Source: a virus. Taken from it: a DNA stretch of 64,000 nt. Numbering within the stretch: position 1 is the stretch's first letter; each line of letters starts with the position of its first letter. Below are positions 60,320-64,000 of the stretch, one piece after another. Under the pieces are notes generated by a model that was not told the DNA's origin, did not search any database, and was given only the letters and a program-made list of their open reading frames with translations. The DNA lies in the IMG/VR virus record IMGVR_UViG_3300036770_008166, positions 51,247 through 115,246 of that record. One strand, written 5' to 3'. The position numbers were made by a program, and so were the translations under genes.

Positions 60320-63300
60320 ATGGCAGATTTAAATGATCAAGCACAAGAACTAGCAGAACTGCTGGAACGGGTGAACTATGAGATGCGCCGGTTTGGCCGC
60401 ATCAGTGAAGAAACCGCCGAAGAGCTCGCAGCCGGCGGCACCAAACGCGCCAAAGAACTCAAACAGGCAGCTGCGTCGTCGGTGCAGGCCCTGACCAGTC
60501 TGGCCGGGGCAGCCACAGCATCTGGTCGAGCCATGCTGGAAGGCCAGAAAGGTGCCACGGCATTCAATTCTGCCTTGGGCGAACTGAGCACGGCAGCTAC
60601 CGCGGCCGGCGTAGCTCTCACCTTCCTGATACCAGGTGGCCCTGCTGTCAAGGCCTTGATCGCGGCAGTCACTGTAGCCACCGGCAGCCTGTTGAAGTAT
60701 ACCCAGGCCGCCAACAAGCTCGCAGACGATCTTTACAAGGGCTATTCTGGACTGGCCAAGTCCGGTGCCGCAGCCGCCGATGGCATGACCGGCCTGTTCG
60801 AAGACGCCAAGAAACTGGGCCTCTCCATGGGCGAGCTGGGCGATCTGGTCAACATCATTGGAGCCAACAGCAAGGACATGGCGCTGTTTGGGCAAGGTGT
60901 GTTCGCAGCACGGCGCAGGCTGGCAGATGTGGGACGAGAACTGGAGTTCAATCGTGACCAGTTCATCCGCATGGGTCTGTCCATGCAGGATGTCACGGAA
61001 GCCACCATAGGCTACATGAAGCAGCAGCGCGTGGCTGGCAATCTCAATGCCCAGACCGCTGGCCAGCTGGCGGATGGCGCTCGTAGATATCTCATCGAAC
61101 AGGATGCGCTGACCAAGCTCACGGGCATGAGCGTGAAAGAGCAAGAAGCAGCCCAGGAAGCCATACGCAGCCAGGAACGTTTTGCTGCCAAGCTGGAAGA
61201 ACTTCGGCAGCAGGGACGCACCAAAGAAGCACGAGAACTGGAAAAGACCTACCTGATCTTGCAGAGCCAGAACAAAGAAGCTGCACAAGGCTTTGCTGAT
61301 ATCTCCACCAACAATGTGCAGACCGAAGCTGCGCAGAAGTCGCTCATGGGCACCCAGGGCGAGAGCATGCGTGTGGCACAGCGCATCTCCGCCGGCCAGA
61401 TGGCCGCAGCAGAAGGTGCGCAGCGAGTGGCTCGAGCGCACGGCGAAACTGCGACCCGGCTCGGCACCACCATGGGACAGATTGGCACCTACAACGAGAC
61501 CTTTGGTGACCTGGCCGGAGACCTTCGTCTACGTGGTCTGGCCGAAAAAGACATCGCAGAGGTCCTGGCCAAGATCGAAGAAGATCGCAAACGCCAGGCC
61601 GGCGATGGTGCCAAGGTCCAGGACAAGATCTTGGACAAACAAGGCACCCTGATTGCCACGCAGATCAAGGCCAACGAAGCGCTGGAGCGTTTTGTGTTTG
61701 CTGGCGTGGGCCCGGCACAGGCTGCCATGATCAAGCTGGCCGAAGCTACCCTGGGTGGCGCCAATGCGCTCAACAAGCTGTTTGGTATCACGCCTCCCTC
61801 AGAAGCCGTGGCTGGCACCAGGGGCGGAGAACGCAGTCGCACACGCCGCAGGCAACAGGCCGAAGAACGTGCAGCCCTAGAACAGGCACCGGTGCGATCC
61901 AGAGGTGGTGCACGCGAACAACAAGCCCGGCGACAGGCCGCAGCAGCAGATCAAGCGCTGGAACAGGCTCCGGTGCGATCGCGCAATGCTCGCCGACCCC
62001 AACCTCAGGTCACGGTACCTGCTGCATCGCAGGCTCCTGCTGCTCCTGCTGCTGCACCATTGGGTCCAGGCCCAGGTGCCCCTGCCGGCGCCGATGACTA
62101 TGTGATTTTTGGATCCAATACCGGCAGTCGCGAGCACTTTGGCAAACTGTTGCCATCGGTGCAGCAGGCGTTCCTGGCCATGGCCAGAGACTACAATGCG
62201 CTGAATCCAGGACAGAAACTGCGGGTAAATTCTGCCTATCGCAGTCCGCAAGAACAGGCCGGAGTGGAAGCCACCGGTGGAGCGCCCAAAGCAGCTCCGG
62301 GGCGCAGTCTGCATCAGCAAGGACGCGCTATCGACACGCAGAGCGAACAGGCCTCGCAGTTGGCACGCTCAGGTCTTTTGGCTCAGTACGGATTCAAATG
62401 GGGTCAGTCTTTTGGTGATCCGCAGCACATACACATGCGAGATGGCGGTGTGATACCAGCCACTCCAGGTGGTGTCACTGTGACAGCGGCCGAGGCTGGC
62501 AAGAACGAGGCTTTTGTGCCCTTGCCCGACGGCAAAACCATACCAGTATCGCTGCAAGGCATGGATACTGAACGCCTGATCAGCACCATAGCCACCCTTA
62601 GTGCCAAGCTCAAGATGATCCAAGGTGACGAACTGATCGATATCGCGCGCAACACCAGCGAATCTGCGCAACGCGAAATTGACAGAATGGCCAACACCGT
62701 GGCCCAGGCCACCCAAGAAGCTCTCAGCCGAGGAGTGGATGTGGTGGCCGCCACTCAGATCAAACCTCTAGAAGCCATGCAGGATCTTGCCCGCAACATG
62801 ATGGCCAAAGGTGGCATCACACAAGGTCCCAGCATCGCAGGCGAAGCGGGTCCTGAAGCCGTGGTTCCTTTGCCTGACGGCAAAACCATACCGGTCCGGA
62901 TCGATCTCAATGATCCTCAGCAGACTGGACCAACTTTTGCAGGCATGAACGAATACAAGGGCTACAACATGGGTGCCATGACCACTGATCTGGCAGCTCT
63001 CAAAGACATAGCCGGTCAGCTGGGTGCTTTTGATCAAGCCACTCAAACCATCACCAATCCTGAAACCTGGAAGAAAATATTGAACAGCGGCATGCTCACG
63101 AACTATGACATGGGCACCATGACCGTGGGCAGCAAGATGGGCGGCCCAGAGATTGGCATAGAAATCGGAGAACGCATCAAAGAAGTCATGGTCACGGAAA
63201 AAACCGATGTAGATTCTGCCCTCAAACAGGTCACACAAGAATTCCGTGATTCCATGACCAAGGTCATTGAGTCTGTGCGGGCATCGTCGCCGGAACAGCA

Positions 63301-63394
63301 GGGTGAAATGATAGAGCTACTGCGCCGCATCGCGTCGGGTACAAACAGGACCGCAGATGCCAACCAGCGTTTGGCAGCAGTGGCCACCAACTAG
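60320..63394 (+). CDS. Tape-measure/hub-like protein with internal M15 (D-Ala-D-Ala peptidase-like) domain
   Basis: Long Ala/Gln-rich helical N-terminal half; SAYRSPQEQA...APGRSLHQQGRAID...DPQHI (SxHxxGxAxD, H); two EAG.EA.VPLPDGKTIPV repeats. Confidence 0.8.
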   Translation: MADLNDQAQELAELLERVNYEMRRFGRISEETAEELAAGGTKRAKELKQAAASSVQALTSLAGAATASGRAMLEGQKGATAFNSALGELSTAATAAGVALTFLIPGGPAVKALIAAVTVATGSLLKYTQAANKLADDLYKGYSGLAKSGAAAADGMTGLFEDAKKLGLSMGELGDLVNIIGANSKDMALFGQGVFAARRRLADVGRELEFNRDQFIRMGLSMQDVTEATIGYMKQQRVAGNLNAQTAGQLADGARRYLIEQDALTKLTGMSVKEQEAAQEAIRSQERFAAKLEELRQQGRTKEARELEKTYLILQSQNKEAAQGFADISTNNVQTEAAQKSLMGTQGESMRVAQRISAGQMAAAEGAQRVARAHGETATRLGTTMGQIGTYNETFGDLAGDLRLRGLAEKDIAEVLAKIEEDRKRQAGDGAKVQDKILDKQGTLIATQIKANEALERFVFAGVGPAQAAMIKLAEATLGGANALNKLFGITPPSEAVAGTRGGERSRTRRRQQAEERAALEQAPVRSRGGAREQQARRQAAAADQALEQAPVRSRNARRPQPQVTVPAASQAPAAPAAAPLGPGPGAPAGADDYVIFGSNTGSREHFGKLLPSVQQAFLAMARDYNALNPGQKLRVNSAYRSPQEQAGVEATGGAPKAAPGRSLHQQGRAIDTQSEQASQLARSGLLAQYGFKWGQSFGDPQHIHMRDGGVIPATPGGVTVTAAEAGKNEAFVPLPDGKTIPVSLQGMDTERLISTIATLSAKLKMIQGDELIDIARNTSESAQREIDRMANTVAQATQEALSRGVDVVAATQIKPLEAMQDLARNMMAKGGITQGPSIAGEAGPEAVVPLPDGKTIPVRIDLNDPQQTGPTFAGMNEYKGYNMGAMTTDLAALKDIAGQLGAFDQATQTITNPETWKKILNSGMLTNYDMGTMTVGSKMGGPEIGIEIGERIKEVMVTEKTDVDSALKQVTQEFRDSMTKVIESVRASSPEQQGEMIELLRRIASGTNRTADANQRLAAVATN

Positions 63395-63395
63395 G

Positions 63396-63403
63396 GTTAA
63401 ATA
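63396..63403 (+). promoter_or_regulatory. Late promoter-like GTTAAATA
   Basis: TAAATA 7 nt before the ATG at 63411. Confidence 0.55.
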
Positions 63404-63410
63404 ACAGATC

Positions 63411-63926
63411 ATGGCAGAACACGATTCTCGCATATTCTATGTGTATCAATATGTAAATGAAGGCGGTCAACCGTACTACATTGGAAAAGGATCTGGCAGA
63501 CGGTTACATCGACTGCACACACGAACCCAATTACCTCCTGTTGAACGCAGGGTAATTATTCAGGACGGATTAACAAACGATGAGGCAAAAAAACTTGAGG
63601 GCGAGTTAATTTCGAAGTATAAAAGAAAAATTGATGGCGGTCTGTTAGATAATATCAAAATCAATCAATGGGCGTGCGCAGTTGGTTGGAAGCATTCTGA
63701 AGAAACCAAAAGAAAGATTTCCGAAGGCAATAAAGGAAAAAAACGAACCCCTGAGCAGTTAAAGAATTATAAAGGAACTGTGACTGCAGAGCACAGAGAA
63801 AAAGTCAGACTAGCCAATCTTGGAAGACCGTACGATCCAGTTCGAGCCAAAAAAATTTCTGACACATTAAAAAAATATTTTGCCGCAAAAAAAGCAGCAA
63901 AATTGATGGAGCAGGACAATGGCTAA
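63411..63926 (+). CDS. Free-standing GIY-YIG homing endonuclease with NUMOD3 motifs
   Basis: FYVY...YYIGKG..RR, conserved E and N; HSEETKRKISEGNKGKKRTPE (NUMOD3); AT-rich relative to its flanks. Confidence 0.85.
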   Translation: MAEHDSRIFYVYQYVNEGGQPYYIGKGSGRRLHRLHTRTQLPPVERRVIIQDGLTNDEAKKLEGELISKYKRKIDGGLLDNIKINQWACAVGWKHSEETKRKISEGNKGKKRTPEQLKNYKGTVTAEHREKVRLANLGRPYDPVRAKKISDTLKKYFAAKKAAKLMEQDNG

Positions 63927-64000
63927 GCAAGAAAATCAATCCAAATCGTGGCGTAAGTATTTCAAGGTAGCAGACACTTCGGGCGTGATGAGTCCCATAT
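63919..64000 (+). CDS. Partial ORF, possibly the portal protein N-terminus
   Basis: GGAG/AGGA SD then MAKQENQSKSWRKYFKVADTSGVMSPI...; SW[KR]KYF recalls portal N-termini of similar large phages, but only 27 codons are visible. Confidence 0.4.
   Translation, partial: MAKQENQSKSWRKYFKVADTSGVMSPI

Noticed and set aside
60350-61441. 363-aa minus-strand ORF and other antisense ORFs within the tape-measure gene
   Set aside because: Antisense shadow; no start signals or motifs.
1-64000. Stop-codon reassignment, as in some large phages
   Set aside because: Code 11 gives dense, full-length genes (including 5113 aa), and TAA, TAG and TGA all end genes at sensible boundaries.
1-64000. Apparent abundance of GATC sites (Dam-related selection)
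   Set aside because: Not quantified; plausibly explained by frequent ATC (Ile) and GAT (Asp) codons. Needs an observed/expected calculation.

Overview
This window is from a large T4-like (Myoviridae-morphology) dsDNA phage read in the standard code; I saw no tRNA, rRNA or CRISPR array. It has four blocks. (1) 1-19.4 kb, minus strand: one tightly overlapped operon behind a near-consensus sigma70-type promoter. It encodes about 7 glycosyltransferase-like proteins, 6 radical-SAM enzymes (5 with the auxiliary Cys domain N-terminal), an NDP-sugar epimerase, a NodU/CmcH carbamoyltransferase and an APS-kinase/nucleotidyltransferase fusion, i.e. a large phage-encoded glycan or other modification pathway. 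(2) 19.4-50.6 kb, minus strand: tail fibre and baseplate genes, including a 5113-aa protein and gp6, gp25, gp5, hub, gp53 and tube-initiator-like proteins, with T4-late-type TAAATA promoters. (3) 50.6-57.5 kb, plus strand: gp55 late sigma, gp47 and gp46 with interleaved SDR and radical-SAM genes, and a minimal GIY-YIG protein. It is followed by a ~490-nt hairpin-dense non-coding element carrying two GTGTGAC-N10-GGATGAT units. (4) 58-64 kb: a small cassette with an Arg-tRNA-transferase-like GNAT, gp26 and a gp51-like ORF joined by a -1 slippery site, a tape-measure-like protein with an M15 peptidase domain, a GIY-YIG/NUMOD3 homing endonuclease and a probable portal N-terminus. The best candidates for new biology are the GIY-YIG plus structured-RNA locus and the radical-SAM/glycosyltransferase operon. 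All family assignments come from motif recognition by eye; no searches were run.
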